64,000 nucleotides of DNA from Candidatus Latescibacterota bacterium (GCA_965248355.1 OZ252098.1:3808001-3872000); one strand, 5' to 3'; shown: positions 16,352 through 27,600, counted from the stretch's first letter. A program made the numbers and translations. The notes: generated by a model from the letters alone, not told the origin.

Positions 16352-17736
16352 TGAGGATGTGGATGGACGTGATGCGGGACCTGGAGCACCTGATGGAGGC
16401 TCCGGAGCCGATCTTCGACGCCTGGAAGGCGGGAGGCGTGGACGGACTCGTCATCGGACCGCTGGTGTTCCACGCCGGCAAGCTGGCCATCGGCCATGAT
16501 CGGGGCCGCTCGATCACCCCGCCCCCCGGCACCCCGAGCCCGACCCTGACGTACGATCCCGAACCGGCCGTGTACGAGCGCTTCGGCGTGCCGGCGCCGG
16601 CGCCTCCAGAGGCCATGCCGGAGGCTCGTGCGCGCCTGGCGCGAGTTTTCCGGGCCGCGAAGGAGCGCGATCTCTCGGTGTGGATCTTCCAGGCCCATAC
16701 CGGCGCCGGGTCCGGGGGCGGAGGACACCACCTCCACGACGAGACCGGGATGGCGGCCGCCTGCGCCCGCATCGTCGACACCCTCCAGCACTATCCGGAA
16801 GCCGACGGCGCCATCATGGACGGGCCCGAGTGGGGCTACGAGATCGCTCCCCACCACATGGGCGGCCGCTCGTCGATCTTCACGGATCTGCCCGAGAGCG
16901 CCCAGCCCATGTGCTCGGACCTCGGGTACGACTATGGGGCGCTGGCCGCCGCGCGGGATCGGCTGTACGAACGGCTGCACGACCTCGATCCCCGCCGGGT
17001 GGCTCTCCACGGCCCGGGGGGCTTCCTCGGCGGCTATCACCTGCTGGGCGCCGATCCCGACCTGGCTGCCTGGATGAGCTTTCGCAGCGACGCCCTCACC
17101 CGCTACTTCCGGCGCCTCGCCGACGGCGTCCGCCAGGGGGCCTGCCGCCCGGTGAAGATCGGCGTCGGCCCGCGCTCGGCAGCCTTCGCGCCGTTGTGCG
17201 GCTACGATTTCGCCGCCCTGGGCGGCATCGTCGACGTGCTGCTTCCCAAGCACTACTTCTGGCACCGCGGCTTCGACGGCCTCGTGGGCACGGTGGCGCG
17301 CTGGGTGGAGACCCTGTGCCTGTGGAACCCGGGCCTGAGCGAGGGCGACGGGCTGGCCGTCGTCGAGGCCCTCTTCGGTCTCGTGCTCCCCGGCGTCGAT
17401 GGGTTGGGGGCCATGGAGAGCGCCCTCACCCCCGACTTCTACGACCTCGTGGTCACCCAGGAGACGGAGCGCGCCCTGGCCGCCGTCGGCGGGGACGCCC
17501 AACGCCTGTCCCCCTGGGTGGACGCCGGCCGCGCTCCCCACGACGGGGATCCCATGTCGGCCGCCGACCTGCGGCGCCTGCTGGAAGCCGCCGCCGCGGC
17601 CGGGCTCGAGCGGTTCCTCTATCACCACCACGGAACCCTGACCTCGGGCGAGTGGCGGGTGATGAGCGAGTTGTGCGGCGAGCCGTGGGACCCCCTGCGA
17701 AGCGGCTACCTGCCCCCGGACGAGACGGTGCTCTGA
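16351..17736 (+). CDS. Hypothetical protein, possibly a glycoside-hydrolase-like TIM barrel
   Basis: ATG overlaps the upstream stop (TGATG), with AAGGAGAGG upstream; motifs DGPEWGYEI and LLPKHYFWHRGFDG. Confidence 0.6.
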   Translation: MRMWMDVMRDLEHLMEAPEPIFDAWKAGGVDGLVIGPLVFHAGKLAIGHDRGRSITPPPGTPSPTLTYDPEPAVYERFGVPAPAPPEAMPEARARLARVFRAAKERDLSVWIFQAHTGAGSGGGGHHLHDETGMAAACARIVDTLQHYPEADGAIMDGPEWGYEIAPHHMGGRSSIFTDLPESAQPMCSDLGYDYGALAAARDRLYERLHDLDPRRVALHGPGGFLGGYHLLGADPDLAAWMSFRSDALTRYFRRLADGVRQGACRPVKIGVGPRSAAFAPLCGYDFAALGGIVDVLLPKHYFWHRGFDGLVGTVARWVETLCLWNPGLSEGDGLAVVEALFGLVLPGVDGLGAMESALTPDFYDLVVTQETERALAAVGGDAQRLSPWVDAGRAPHDGDPMSAADLRRLLEAAAAAGLERFLYHHHGTLTSGEWRVMSELCGEPWDPLRSGYLPPDETVL

Positions 17737-17744
17737 AGGGCGGG

Positions 17745-18332
17745 TTACTCCCGCCGCGCCACGGCGACCACGTGCGACCGGCCCTGGGCGGCTTTGCGGT
17801 AGTTGCCGAAGTGCGCGCCGAAGACCCGCTTCACGTAGCTCTTCAGCCCCGCCACGGTGACCACCCACAGGGCTCCGCCGGGGCGCAGGCGGCGCGAGGC
17901 CTCGGCCATCCAGTGGTCGAGCAGCTCGGAGCCGGCCTTGGCGGGCAGGTTGGAGGCGATCAGGTCGAAGCGCTCGTTCTCGCCCACGTGGTGAAAGCCG
18001 TTGGACAGATGGACCCGGGCGTTGCCGCAGCCGTTCGCCGCGATGTTGCGGCGGGCGTAGCCGACGGCGACGAAGTCCTTGTCCACGAGAGCGACCCGGC
18101 CCTCGGGGGCCAGCTTCGACAGGACGCAGCCGATGGGACCCCACCCGCAGCCGAGGTCGAGGCAGGCCGCGTCGGGGGCCACCTCGATGCGGTCGATGAG
18201 CAGGGCCGTGCCGGCGTCGAGGCCGCGGGGGTGGAACAACCCCCACGTGGTCGCGAACCGGAAGCGGTGACCGCGCAGGTCGGCCTCGAAGCGGAGGTCG
18301 TGCCCTTCAGGTGCGAGGTTTGTGGCGGTCAT
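17745..18332 (-). CDS. Class I SAM-dependent methyltransferase (RsmC/MTS-like small domain)
   Basis: GLF...LDAGT, LDLGCGWG and SNLP motifs. Confidence 0.85.
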   Translation of the reverse strand: MTATNLAPEGHDLRFEADLRGHRFRFATTWGLFHPRGLDAGTALLIDRIEVAPDAACLDLGCGWGPIGCVLSKLAPEGRVALVDKDFVAVGYARRNIAANGCGNARVHLSNGFHHVGENERFDLIASNLPAKAGSELLDHWMAEASRRLRPGGALWVVTVAGLKSYVKRVFGAHFGNYRKAAQGRSHVVAVARRE

Positions 18333-18357
18333 GGGGCTCCGTAATATGAGCCGCCCG

Positions 18358-18960
18358 ATGCGGATCGAGAACCACCGTCTCGCCGGCGCCAGCCAGGTCC
18401 CCTCTCCGAACCAGGGGGGCCGGTTCTCCCGCGGCGCGCCCGATACCCTGATCCTTCACTTCACGGCCTGCGATGACGCCGACCTGGCGATTCGCGTGCT
18501 CAGCGACCCCACCCCCGGCCGCCGCGTCTCGGCCCATCTGGTGGTGAGCCGCGACGGCGATGTGACGCAGTTGCTGCCCTTCGACACCATCGGCTGGCAC
18601 GCCGGCCGGTCGGCCTGGGGCGGGCGCGAGGGGTTCAACCGCATGAGCCTCGGCGTCGAGATCGACAACCCCGGCCGGCTGGAGGAACGCGGGGAAGGAG
18701 TCCTGGTCAGCAGGCTTGGCCGGGTCTACGGCCCGGAGGACGCCGTGCTCGCCGTGCACCGCAACGAGTCGGAGCCGGCCTGGTGGCTGCGCTACCCCCG
18801 CGAGCAACTCGAGGCGGTGGAGGCCCTGTGTGACCTGCTGGTCGCCGAGTATGGACTGCGCTGGATCCTGGGTCACGAGGAGATCGCGCCCGGGCGCAAG
18901 GACGACCCTGGACCCGCCTTCCCCCTCGACGAGCTGCGCTCCCGGATCCTGGGGGCCTAG
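18358..18960 (+). CDS. N-acetylmuramoyl-L-alanine amidase (Amidase_2, AmpD-like)
   Basis: LILHFT, VSAH, WHAG, SLGVEI and GHEEIAPGRKDDPG motifs; alternative start at 18346. Confidence 0.9.
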   Translation: MRIENHRLAGASQVPSPNQGGRFSRGAPDTLILHFTACDDADLAIRVLSDPTPGRRVSAHLVVSRDGDVTQLLPFDTIGWHAGRSAWGGREGFNRMSLGVEIDNPGRLEERGEGVLVSRLGRVYGPEDAVLAVHRNESEPAWWLRYPREQLEAVEALCDLLVAEYGLRWILGHEEIAPGRKDDPGPAFPLDELRSRILGA

Positions 18961-18982
18961 TGGTTCATCCAGGTAACAATGC
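18960..18982. repeat. IS630 terminal inverted repeat (transposase 3' end)
   Basis: GTGGTTCATCCAGGTAACAATGC, 16/23 identical to the reverse complement of 20169-20191. Confidence 0.75.
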
Positions 18983-20106
18983 TGGATAGAGGCGGTGCAG
19001 CTTGATGCGCGCCTTCTCGGTGGTGAATCGCCATTTGACCGGGGCCTGGCTGTTCTCGCGTTGCGACAGCCAAGCCTGGACCTGTTGGCTCAGTTGCTGA
19101 ATCGTTGCGATGCGTCGGTCCAGACACTGCCGGGACAGCATCTTCAACCCGATTTCGGCCATGTTGAGCCAACTGCCCCGTTTCGGGGTGAAATGAATGT
19201 CGATCTTGTCGGCGATGCGTTTGGCCTCGGCCGGCGCAAAGACATCGTACAACGCCGCCTTCTGGTGCGAACTCAGGTTGTCCATGACCAAGGTCAGGCG
19301 CTCGGCCTCCGGGTAGTAGCGGTCGACCAGGTCTTTCATCACCCGAGCCCAATCTTTCTTGGTGCGCTGCTGCGTGACCTGGACGTGGCAGCGGCCGGTG
19401 AGCGGTTCCAGCATCATGAAGACGTTGGCCACGCCCTGGCGGACATAATGATGATCATACCGGGCCGGATGGCCCGGTATCGCCGGCCGAGGGGCCTGCA
19501 CCTCGCCCACCAGTTGTTTGCTGGTCTCGTCCAGGCAGACCGTGGGATGTTGGGGATCGTAGGGCCGGGTATAGACATCCAGCACATCCTCCATGGCACA
19601 GACGAAGGCGGCATTGGGGGCGCCCGGCAGGCACCACATTTCCTGCCGCCAGGGCTTCAAGTCGTTTTTTTTAGTGTCTTTCGGACGGTTTCCGGGCTGA
19701 CCCGGTCGACCACTTCCAAGGCCACCAGGCGGTCGGCCAGCAATCGGAGGGTCCAGCCCTTTCTCCCCTCCGGCGGCGGACTGCAGGCCAGCGCGACGAG
19801 ACGAGCCTCGCCTTCCCCGTCGATCTTCTTGGCCCGGCGATTCTTCTGCTCCTTGCGCTGCAGGGCGGCCTCCAGGCCTTCTTCGACGAATCGCCTGCGC
19901 AGACGCTCGACCGTGCTGGGATGGACCTCGAGCGCCTGCCCGATCCGTTCGTCGGTCCAGCCCTCTCCCTGCGGTCCTTGATCCGTCTTCAGGAGAAGGC
20001 GCGCATGCCGCTGCTTGAAAGCCGCCGCTTTCCCCTTGGAGATCAGATCGCGCAACCCGGTGCGCTCCTCGGCTGTGAGAGTGACGATGTATCTCTTCTT
20101 GGGCAA
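18965..20106 (-). CDS. IS630 transposase in two frames joined by a probable -1 frameshift at an A8 run
   Basis: OrfA (TTG 20106, AAAGGAG RBS, HTH region, stop 19657) overlaps OrfB (KKNDLKPW, CLDE, VMDN, SWLNMAE). A8 slippery run at 19665-19672. Confidence 0.88.
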
Positions 20107-20168
20107 CGCCGTACTCCTTTTCCAACAAAGGGGATGGGGAAAAAGGATACGGCTGCCACTCTTGTTCC

Positions 20169-20191
20169 GCAATTCTAAGTGGATTGACCAC
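20169..20191. repeat. IS630 terminal inverted repeat (transposase 5' end)
   Basis: Reverse complement GTGGTCAATCCACTTAGAATTGC pairs with the other end. Confidence 0.75.
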
Positions 20192-20973
20192 TAGGCCCAG
20201 GCGCCCAGGGCCATCATGCCGCCGTCGACACAGACGCTCTCGCCGGTCATGAAGGAGGCGCGGTCGCTGGCCAGGAAGAGAACCGCCTCGGCGATCTCCT
20301 CCGGCCGGCCGATGCGGCCCAGGGGGTGGGCGGCGGCCATGTCGGCGCGCATGGCCGTCTGGTCGCCGCCGGCCGCGGCCAGGGCCTCGCCGACGAGGGG
20401 GGTGTCGATGGTGCCCGGGTTGACGGCGAGGACGCGGATCTTGTGCTCGGCGTACTCCAGCGCCAGCTGCCGCGTGAGGGACAGGATGCCTCCCTTGCTG
20501 GCGGCGTACGCGGACACCCCCCTGGCCGACTGCAGCCCCTGCACGCTGGCCGTGTTGATGATGACGCCGCCGCCGCGCTCGATCATGGGCGGAACGCAGA
20601 CCCGCGTCATGAGGAAGCAGGACTTGAGATTCACGTCGAGGATGCGGTCCCACTGGTCCTCGCTCAGCTCGTGGGCGGGCCGGTAGCTCGCCGTGGGCTG
20701 GATGCCGACGTTGTTGCACACCACGTCGATGCCGCCCCACTCCTCCACGGCGATGCGCGCCAGGCCTTCACAGGCCTCGGCACGGGCCACGTCCGCTGCC
20801 TGAAAGCGGATTCCGCCCGCCGGGGTGGCCGCCTCCAGCGCCTCGCCGGCCGCCTCGTCCACGTCGGCGCACAGGACCCGGGCCCCTTCGCGCGCGAAGG
20901 CGGCGCAGATGGCGCGGCCGATCCCCTTGGCTCCCCCCGTGACGATGACGCTGCGGCCCTCGAATGCTGCCAT
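20191..20973 (-). CDS. Short-chain dehydrogenase/reductase (SDR)
   Basis: TGGAKGIG, NNVG, YAASK and NPG motifs. Confidence 0.93.
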   Translation of the reverse strand: MAAFEGRSVIVTGGAKGIGRAICAAFAREGARVLCADVDEAAGEALEAATPAGGIRFQAADVARAEACEGLARIAVEEWGGIDVVCNNVGIQPTASYRPAHELSEDQWDRILDVNLKSCFLMTRVCVPPMIERGGGVIINTASVQGLQSARGVSAYAASKGGILSLTRQLALEYAEHKIRVLAVNPGTIDTPLVGEALAAAGGDQTAMRADMAAAHPLGRIGRPEEIAEAVLFLASDRASFMTGESVCVDGGMMALGAWA

Positions 20974-21050
20974 GCTCCCTCCTCCTTGTCAGGGTCGCGG
21001 TCGCGATGCACGCCGAAAGGTAGCCGGCCTCCGGGCGGCCCCCAAGGCGC

Positions 21051-21812
21051 CTACTCGTAGAGGTCGTCCGGGTCCGCGGCGGCCAGCTCCACGAGGAAGT
21101 CGGCGATGCGGCCCGTCAACCCCTCGAAGCAGAGCCGTCCCTTCTCCGGCGTCGCCGGGGCCGGATCGCCGACGCCGGTGTCGGCGGTGGCCTCGATCCA
21201 GTCCCGCTGGGTCCAGGCCAGCCCGCGGCGCAGGGCCTCGATCTTGAAGACCCGCTCGTGGCCATCGCCGGCCTCCGACAGGGGCAGCATCCACTCCGGA
21301 GCCAGGTGCTGGATCAGACTCGTCTCCATCTCGCCGGCGTGGTCCCCGGGCTCCTCGAAGAGATCCGCGTCGATCCACCGGTACCAGTCGAGGGTGCACA
21401 GGAACAGCTTGTAGCGCGGCCACAGCTCCCGGACCATCTGCCGGAAATCGTTGGCCCCGTGTCCGTTGAGGATGACCAGCTTGGGGATCCCCTGGTGCTC
21501 GAGGACGTCGCACACGTCGGCCAGGACCGCCAGCTGCGTGGAGGGGCTCATGTTGATGTCGAGCTTGACATCGATCTGGCCCGTGTTGACGCCGAAGGGC
21601 ACCGTGGGCAGCACGACCACCTTCGCGCCTCGCTCCCACGCCCACCGCGCCGACTCGGCGGCGATGTGGTCGCACTGGATCACGTCGGTGGCGTACGGCA
21701 GGTGATAGTTGTGGGCCTCGGTGGCCCCCCAGGGCAGGACGACGACCTCGTAATCGGTCGTCTCCACCACCTTCCAGTTCGTCTCAGCCAGCACGTACGG
21801 CCTGCCGGCCAT
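21051..21812 (-). CDS. Creatininase family amidohydrolase
   Basis: GATEAHNYHLPYATD, NGHGAN and DHAGEMETS motifs; AAAGGAGGT RBS. Confidence 0.9.
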   Translation of the reverse strand: MAGRPYVLAETNWKVVETTDYEVVVLPWGATEAHNYHLPYATDVIQCDHIAAESARWAWERGAKVVVLPTVPFGVNTGQIDVKLDINMSPSTQLAVLADVCDVLEHQGIPKLVILNGHGANDFRQMVRELWPRYKLFLCTLDWYRWIDADLFEEPGDHAGEMETSLIQHLAPEWMLPLSEAGDGHERVFKIEALRRGLAWTQRDWIEATADTGVGDPAPATPEKGRLCFEGLTGRIADFLVELAAADPDDLYE

Positions 21813-21864
21813 GGTCACCTCCTTTCTTGTGCCCCGCCGGGGCGATGTCGAGCTTGTAGTCATC

Positions 21865-23043
21865 ATGAAGTGGGCAACGAGCGCCTCCTTCGAGGCGGAC
21901 CTGGCGGCGGCCTTCACGCAGGTCAAGGACGATCTCACCGCCGCACTCGAGTGGCCCCCGGACCTGCTGCTGCTGTTCCTCACCCCCCACTATCAGGACC
22001 AGATCGAGGGTCTGCCGGCCCTGGTGCAGGATCGGGGGCCGCGGAGCATGCTCGGCTGCACGGCCACGGGCGTGATCGGCGGCGGGCGCGAAGTCGAGGA
22101 CCGCGCCTGTGTGGCGGCCACGGCCGCGGCCCTGCCCGGAACCGTGATGACCTCGTTCCACCTGCAGGCCGGCGATCTCCCCGATGCGGACGCCTCTCCG
22201 GACCGCTGGCACAAGGCCCTCGGCGTCGACCCGGATCCTCCGCCCCATTTCCTCCTTCTCGTCGATCCCACCGGCGCTTCCCCCCTCGACCCGAGGTCGT
22301 TGCTGATGGGCCTGGACTTCGCCTATCCGGTGTCTGCGAAGATCGGCGGGCTCGCCTCCGTCCTCCAGGAGAACCGGATGGTCCTCGACGGCCGGATCGT
22401 CGATGGCGGCTGCGTCGGCGTCGCCCTCCAGGGCGGCCTCGAGGTGGACACCATCGTCGCCCAGGGGTGCCGCGCCATCGGCCCGTGCATGACGGTGACC
22501 GGCTGCAGCGGCTACTTCCTGGAAGGTCTGGACGACCGGCCCGCGGTGGAGCGGCTCATCGAGATCTACCACGAGGCCGGTGCCGCGGACCAGGAGAGGA
22601 TGCAGACCTCCCTTCACCTCGGGGTGGCCGCCACCGGCCTGAAGCAGGAGCTGGGGGCGGGCGACTTCCTGATCCGCAACGTCCTCCAGCTCGACCACGA
22701 GAAGGGCGTGATCGCCGTCGGCGACCGGATCCGCCGGGGTCAGACGGTGCAGTTCCACGTGCGCGACGCGGCGGCGGCCACCCAGGACCTGGACCAGCTC
22801 CTGGCGCGCTACCGCAGCCTGCAGCCGGAGGCCGCCCCTGCCGGTGGTCTGCTGTTCACCTGCACCGGCCGCGGCTACCGCTTCTTCGGACGGCCCGGTC
22901 ACGACAGCGGCCGGCTCGAGGAATCCCTCGGCCAGGTCCCCCTGGGCGGGTTCTTCTGCGGCGGCGAGATCGGTCCGGTCGGCGATACGACCTACCTCCA
23001 CGGGTATACCAGCTCCTTCGCCCTGTTCCGGCCTTCGGCCTAG
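21865..23043 (+). CDS. FIST signal-transduction domain protein
   Basis: [44 protein letters not shown] and LHGYT motifs. Confidence 0.88.
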   Translation: MKWATSASFEADLAAAFTQVKDDLTAALEWPPDLLLLFLTPHYQDQIEGLPALVQDRGPRSMLGCTATGVIGGGREVEDRACVAATAAALPGTVMTSFHLQAGDLPDADASPDRWHKALGVDPDPPPHFLLLVDPTGASPLDPRSLLMGLDFAYPVSAKIGGLASVLQENRMVLDGRIVDGGCVGVALQGGLEVDTIVAQGCRAIGPCMTVTGCSGYFLEGLDDRPAVERLIEIYHEAGAADQERMQTSLHLGVAATGLKQELGAGDFLIRNVLQLDHEKGVIAVGDRIRRGQTVQFHVRDAAAATQDLDQLLARYRSLQPEAAPAGGLLFTCTGRGYRFFGRPGHDSGRLEESLGQVPLGGFFCGGEIGPVGDTTYLHGYTSSFALFRPSA

Positions 23044-23660
23044 CCGGGGTCGCTCCTGCGCTCCGGCATGGAGGCCGGCCAGCCGGCCGGGATCTCCTCC
23101 GCCAGGCGCGACCGGTGAAGGACCGAGTATCGGGCCCCGCCGGGGTGCAGGTCGCTGCTCATCAGCACGATCTCGTCGACCCGGAAGGCGAGTTCCGGTA
23201 CGGCGGCCCGGGTCCAGCCCTCGCCGGGCGCGGGGTCGGTCCCGGCGCGCACCCGGCCCAGGGTGAGATGGGGGCTAAAGGGCCGCCGCTGGCGGTCCCA
23301 GCCCAGCTCGCCCACCCGTTTCTCGATCCGTCTCTGCAGCGAGTGCAGGCTTGTCGCCCCGGATCCTCTCAGGCCGATCCAGAGGACTTGCGGGCGCTGC
23401 TCGTCCGGGAAGGCGCCCAGGGAGCCGAGGGAGAGTTCGCATCCCGGCGTGCCGGCGGTCACCTCGTCCAGGGCGGCGATCAGCGGCCCCACCCGGGACT
23501 CTTCGGTGCCGCCGAGAAACCGGAGGGTGAGATGCAGGTTCTCCGGTGGCACCCAGCGCACGCTCCCCGGGGGCCAGCCCGCCATCAGGCCGGCCGTTAC
23601 CCGGGCCGCCGCGCGGCGCACCTCGGCAGAGGGCTCGACGGCGATGAAGGTGCGGATCAC
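23040..23660 (-). CDS. thpR: RNA 2',3'-cyclic phosphodiesterase (2H family)
   Basis: RTFIAV and two HxT motifs (NLHLTL, PHLTL); the GTG start overlaps the upstream stop. Confidence 0.9.
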   Translation of the reverse strand: MIRTFIAVEPSAEVRRAAARVTAGLMAGWPPGSVRWVPPENLHLTLRFLGGTEESRVGPLIAALDEVTAGTPGCELSLGSLGAFPDEQRPQVLWIGLRGSGATSLHSLQRRIEKRVGELGWDRQRRPFSPHLTLGRVRAGTDPAPGEGWTRAAVPELAFRVDEIVLMSSDLHPGGARYSVLHRSRLAEEIPAGWPASMPERRSDPG

Positions 23661-24481
23661 GTCCCGCCCCCGGTGGCCGCCTTCCGGCAGGCGTTGAGGT
23701 AGCCGCGGCTCTCGGCGGCGATCGACGCCACCCTCGGCAGCTCGTACTCCCTGGCGCCGATGACCTCCAGGTTGACGGCGATGTCCGCCCGGGCCTCGTG
23801 CAGGACGCGCAGGAGACCGGCCAGATCGATGGCGCCGCGGCCGCAGGCCTGCTCCTCCGGCGCTCCCGGCGAGCCTTCCGTCGCCCTGGCCGCGGCGGGG
23901 CAGTCGCGGATGTGGACGTGGCGCACGCGGGGGATCACGGCCTTCAGCGCCTCCACCACGTCCTCGCCGCCGCCGGCGCGGAAGATGTGGCTGGGGTCCA
24001 CGTCGATGCCGAATCCGGGCGAGTCGATGGCGGCCATGGCCCTCAGCGTCGTCGGCGTGTCGTGGATCGACTGGCCCACGTGGGCCTTCACGCACAGGAC
24101 CAGGCCGTGGGCGTGGGCCTTGTCGGCCATGGCGCCGAGCAGGTCGATCTGCCGGACGAGGTCCTCCTCGCTGCCGGCCTTCCCTCCGGGACCGACGTTG
24201 ACCACCGGGATGCCGAGGTGGGCGGCCGCCTCGTAAGCCTTCTGCAGCCTGGTCTCGTCCAGACGGGCCTCCTCCATGGCGGTCAGCTCGAGGCCGTACT
24301 TCTCGGCCAGGCGCCGGATGAGGCCGGCCTGGGATCGCCAGTCGTCGAGGACGAGGTGCTCGCACATCCCCTGGATCGCGGACAACTCGGCGCCCTCGTA
24401 CCCGGCCAGAGAGATGTGCCGCAGGGCGGTATCGACGTCGTATCCAGCGAACAGAACGGTGTTGGCCCCCAGTGTGATCAT
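23657..24481 (-). CDS. Sugar phosphate isomerase/epimerase (xylose-isomerase-like TIM barrel)
   Basis: GYEGAEL, DPSH, HVHIRD, GRGAID and LE motifs. Confidence 0.82.
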   Translation of the reverse strand: MITLGANTVLFAGYDVDTALRHISLAGYEGAELSAIQGMCEHLVLDDWRSQAGLIRRLAEKYGLELTAMEEARLDETRLQKAYEAAAHLGIPVVNVGPGGKAGSEEDLVRQIDLLGAMADKAHAHGLVLCVKAHVGQSIHDTPTTLRAMAAIDSPGFGIDVDPSHIFRAGGGEDVVEALKAVIPRVRHVHIRDCPAAARATEGSPGAPEEQACGRGAIDLAGLLRVLHEARADIAVNLEVIGAREYELPRVASIAAESRGYLNACRKAATGGGT

Positions 24482-24576
24482 CGGTCCCGCTTGGAGAGGA
24501 GGTGGCGGTGCGGCGCCTACGGTAAGGTCTTCTCCCGGGATGGGCCACCCCCCTGGAGAAGGAGGGAGGGGAATGG

Positions 24577-24606
24577 TTGTGCGGGTTCCTCCCCCTCCCG
24601 TAAATT
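24577..24606 (+). promoter_or_regulatory. Possible uvrA promoter
   Basis: TTGTGC-18 bp-TAAATT upstream of ATG 24652. Confidence 0.35.
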
Positions 24607-24651
24607 GTCGTGTTTGCCCTCTTCCCTCCTTCCAGCCTCACCCGGAGATCC

Positions 24652-27600
24652 ATGGAGTCCGGCCTTCTCCGCGTTCGCGGAGCCCGCGTCCACAACCTCA
24701 GGAACGTCGATCTCGAGCTGCCCAAGAACCGGCTGATCTGCTTCACGGGGGTCTCGGGCTCGGGGAAGTCGTCCATGGCCTTCGACACGATCTACGCCGA
24801 GGGCCAGCGCCGCTACGTGGCCTCCCTGTCCGCCTACGCCCGCCAGTTCCTGGGGCAGTTGGAGAAGCCCGACGTCGATCAGATCACCGGTCTGGCGCCG
24901 ACGATCTCCATCTCGCAGAAGGCGGGCGGCGCCAACCCGCGGTCCACCGTGGGCACGATCACCGAGATCTACGACTACCTGCGCGTCCTCTACGCCCGCT
25001 GCGGCACGCCCCACTGCGTGCGCTGCGGCGGCGAGATCGTGGCCCAGACGCGCGACCAGGTCGTCGGCCGCATCGCCGCCCTGCCCCCCGGCCGGCGCAT
25101 CCTTCTGCTGGCGCCCGTCGTCGACAACCGGCGCGGGGAGTACCAGGAGCTGTTCGAGGAGCTGCACCGCGATGGGTACCTGCGCGTGCGCGTCGACGGC
25201 CAGCTCTTCACCCTGGACGTCCCTCCCGAGCTGGACCGCTACAGCCGGCACTCGATCGAGGTGGTCGTCGACCGTCTGGTGATCCGGGAGGAGATGGGGG
25301 GCCGGCTCGACGAGGCCGTGGACGGGGCCCTGCGGCTCGGGTCGGGATCCCTGATCGTGGCCGACGGCGGGGACGGGTCCGGGGAACCGGGCCGGGAGCC
25401 GCTCGAAGACTGGTTCCTGAGCGCCAACTTCGACTGTCCGGCCTGCGGCATCTCCTATGCCGAGCCGACGCCGCAGATGTTCTCGTTCAACAACCCCTCC
25501 GGGATGTGCCCCGACTGCGACGGGCTGGGCACCAAGATGATCGTGAACGAGGGCCGGCTCGTTCCCGATGCCGCCAAGTCCCTTCGCGAAGGGGCGGTGG
25601 AGCCCCTCGGCGACATCGCCGCCAACCGTTGGCGGTACCACCTCTACGAAGGGGCGGCCAAGCACCTGGGATTCACCCTCGACACCGCCTGGGAAGAGCT
25701 GAGCAGCGGTCAGAAGGCGAGCTTCCTCCAGGGGATCGACGACCGCAAGATCCGGTTCGTCTACAGCGGCCGGAAGGGCCACTCCTGGACCCACGACGAC
25801 CGCTACGAGGGGGCCCTGAAGCTGATCGAGGAGCGGCTCCACCACGGCAATGCCAAGGTGCGCAGAGATCTCGGCCGCTACGTGCGCACCGGCCTTTGCC
25901 CCTCCTGCCACGGCGGGCGCCTGCGGGGCGAGGCCCTGGCCGTGCTCCTCGGCGGCAGCCCTCTGCCCGAGATCACGGCCCTGCCCATCGAGGCCAGCCG
26001 CCAGTTCTTCCACGGCCTGGAGCTGTCCGACGAGAAGGCCTTCATCGCCGAGGACGCCCTCAAGGAGATCCGGGGGCGCCTGGACCTGCTCGACGAGATC
26101 GGCCTCGGCTACCTGACCCTGGACCGCGGCGCCGACACCGTCTCGGGAGGGGAGTCGCAGCGCATCCGTCTGGCCAGCCAGATCGGCTCCGGACTGGTGG
26201 GCGTCCTCTACATCCTCGACGAGCCGTCCATCGGCCTCCATGCCCGCGACAACCAGCAGCTCCTCGACACCCTCAAGCGGCTGCGCGACGTGGGCAACAC
26301 GGTGATCGTCGTCGAGCACGACGAGGAGACCATGCGCCAGTGCGACCTCGTCGTCGACTTCGGCCCCGGGGCCGGAGACCGCGGAGGCCGCGTGTTGATC
26401 ACCGGCGCGCCGGAGGAGGTAGCCGCCGAGGAGAGCTCCCTCACCGGACGGTATCTGACCGGCCGGGAACGCATCGCCATCCCCTCCCGGCGGCGGCCGG
26501 CGCAAGATCGCTGGCTGACGGTGAAAGGGGCGCGGCACAACAATCTCCGGACGGGGGACGTGAAGATCCCGCTGGGGCTCTTCGCCTGTGTCACCGGCGT
26601 GTCCGGCTCGGGGAAGAGCTCCCTGGTCAACGACATCCTCTTCAAGGAGCTCGACAACCGCCTCCATCGGGCCCGGACCCAGCCGGGAGACCACGACGAT
26701 ATCGAGGGCGTCGAGCATCTGGACAAGGTGATCCGCATCGATCAGCGGCCCATCGGCCGCACCCCGCGTTCCAATCCCGCCACCTACACCGACCTGTTCA
26801 CGCCGATCCGCCAGCTCTTCGCGCAGCTGCCGGAGTCGCGCCTGCGCGGCTACAAGCAGGGCCGCTTCAGCTTCAACGTCCGCGGCGGGCGCTGCGAGGC
26901 CTGCGACGGCAACGGCGCCATCCTCGTGGAGATGGAGTTCCTGGCCGACGTCTGGGTGACCTGCGAAGCCTGCGCGGGCCAACGCTTCAACCGCGAGACC
27001 CTGGGCGTCCGCTACCGTGGCCGGTCGATCGCCGAGGTCCTGGACATGGAGGTGGGCGACGCCCTGGGCCTGTTCGAGAACATCCCCCAGATCCGGCGGA
27101 TCCTGCAGACCCTGCACGACGTGGGCCTCGGGTACATCCGCCTCGGGCAGCCGGCGCCCACCCTGTCAGGCGGCGAGGCCCAGCGCGTCAAGCTCTCGAA
27201 GGAGCTGTGCCGCCGCGGCACGGGGCGCACCCTGTACCTCCTCGACGAGCCGACCACGGGTCTGCACTTCGCCGATATCGACAAGCTCCTGGCCATCCTT
27301 CACCGGCTGGCCGAAGCCGGCAACACGGTGGTCGTCATCGAGCACAACATGGAGGTCATCAAGACGGCGGACTGGATCCTCGACATGGGTCCGGAGGGCG
27401 GCGCCGCGGGGGGGCTCGTCGTCGCCGAAGGTCAGCCGGAGGAGGTGGCAAAGGTCTCCGGATCGCACACGGGACGGACCCTGGCCGGGGTCCTGGATCC
27501 TGAGCCCCGCGCCGGGAGGCCGGTGACCGCGGAGCGAGGAGCGCGGGAGGAGGCGATTCGCGAGATCTCCGTGGTCGGGGCGAGCATGCACAACCTCCGC

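Larger units (their letters stand above)
18958..20193 (-). mobile_element. IS630-family insertion sequence (1232 bp between duplicated TA)
   Basis: CTAG at both ends (TA at 18958-18959 and 20192-20193), imperfect terminal inverted repeats, split HTH plus DDE transposase, lower GC than flanks. Confidence 0.92.

Noticed and set aside
24482..24651. LexA/SOS box upstream of uvrA
   Set aside because: No known SOS-box pattern recognised; only purine/pyrimidine tracts.
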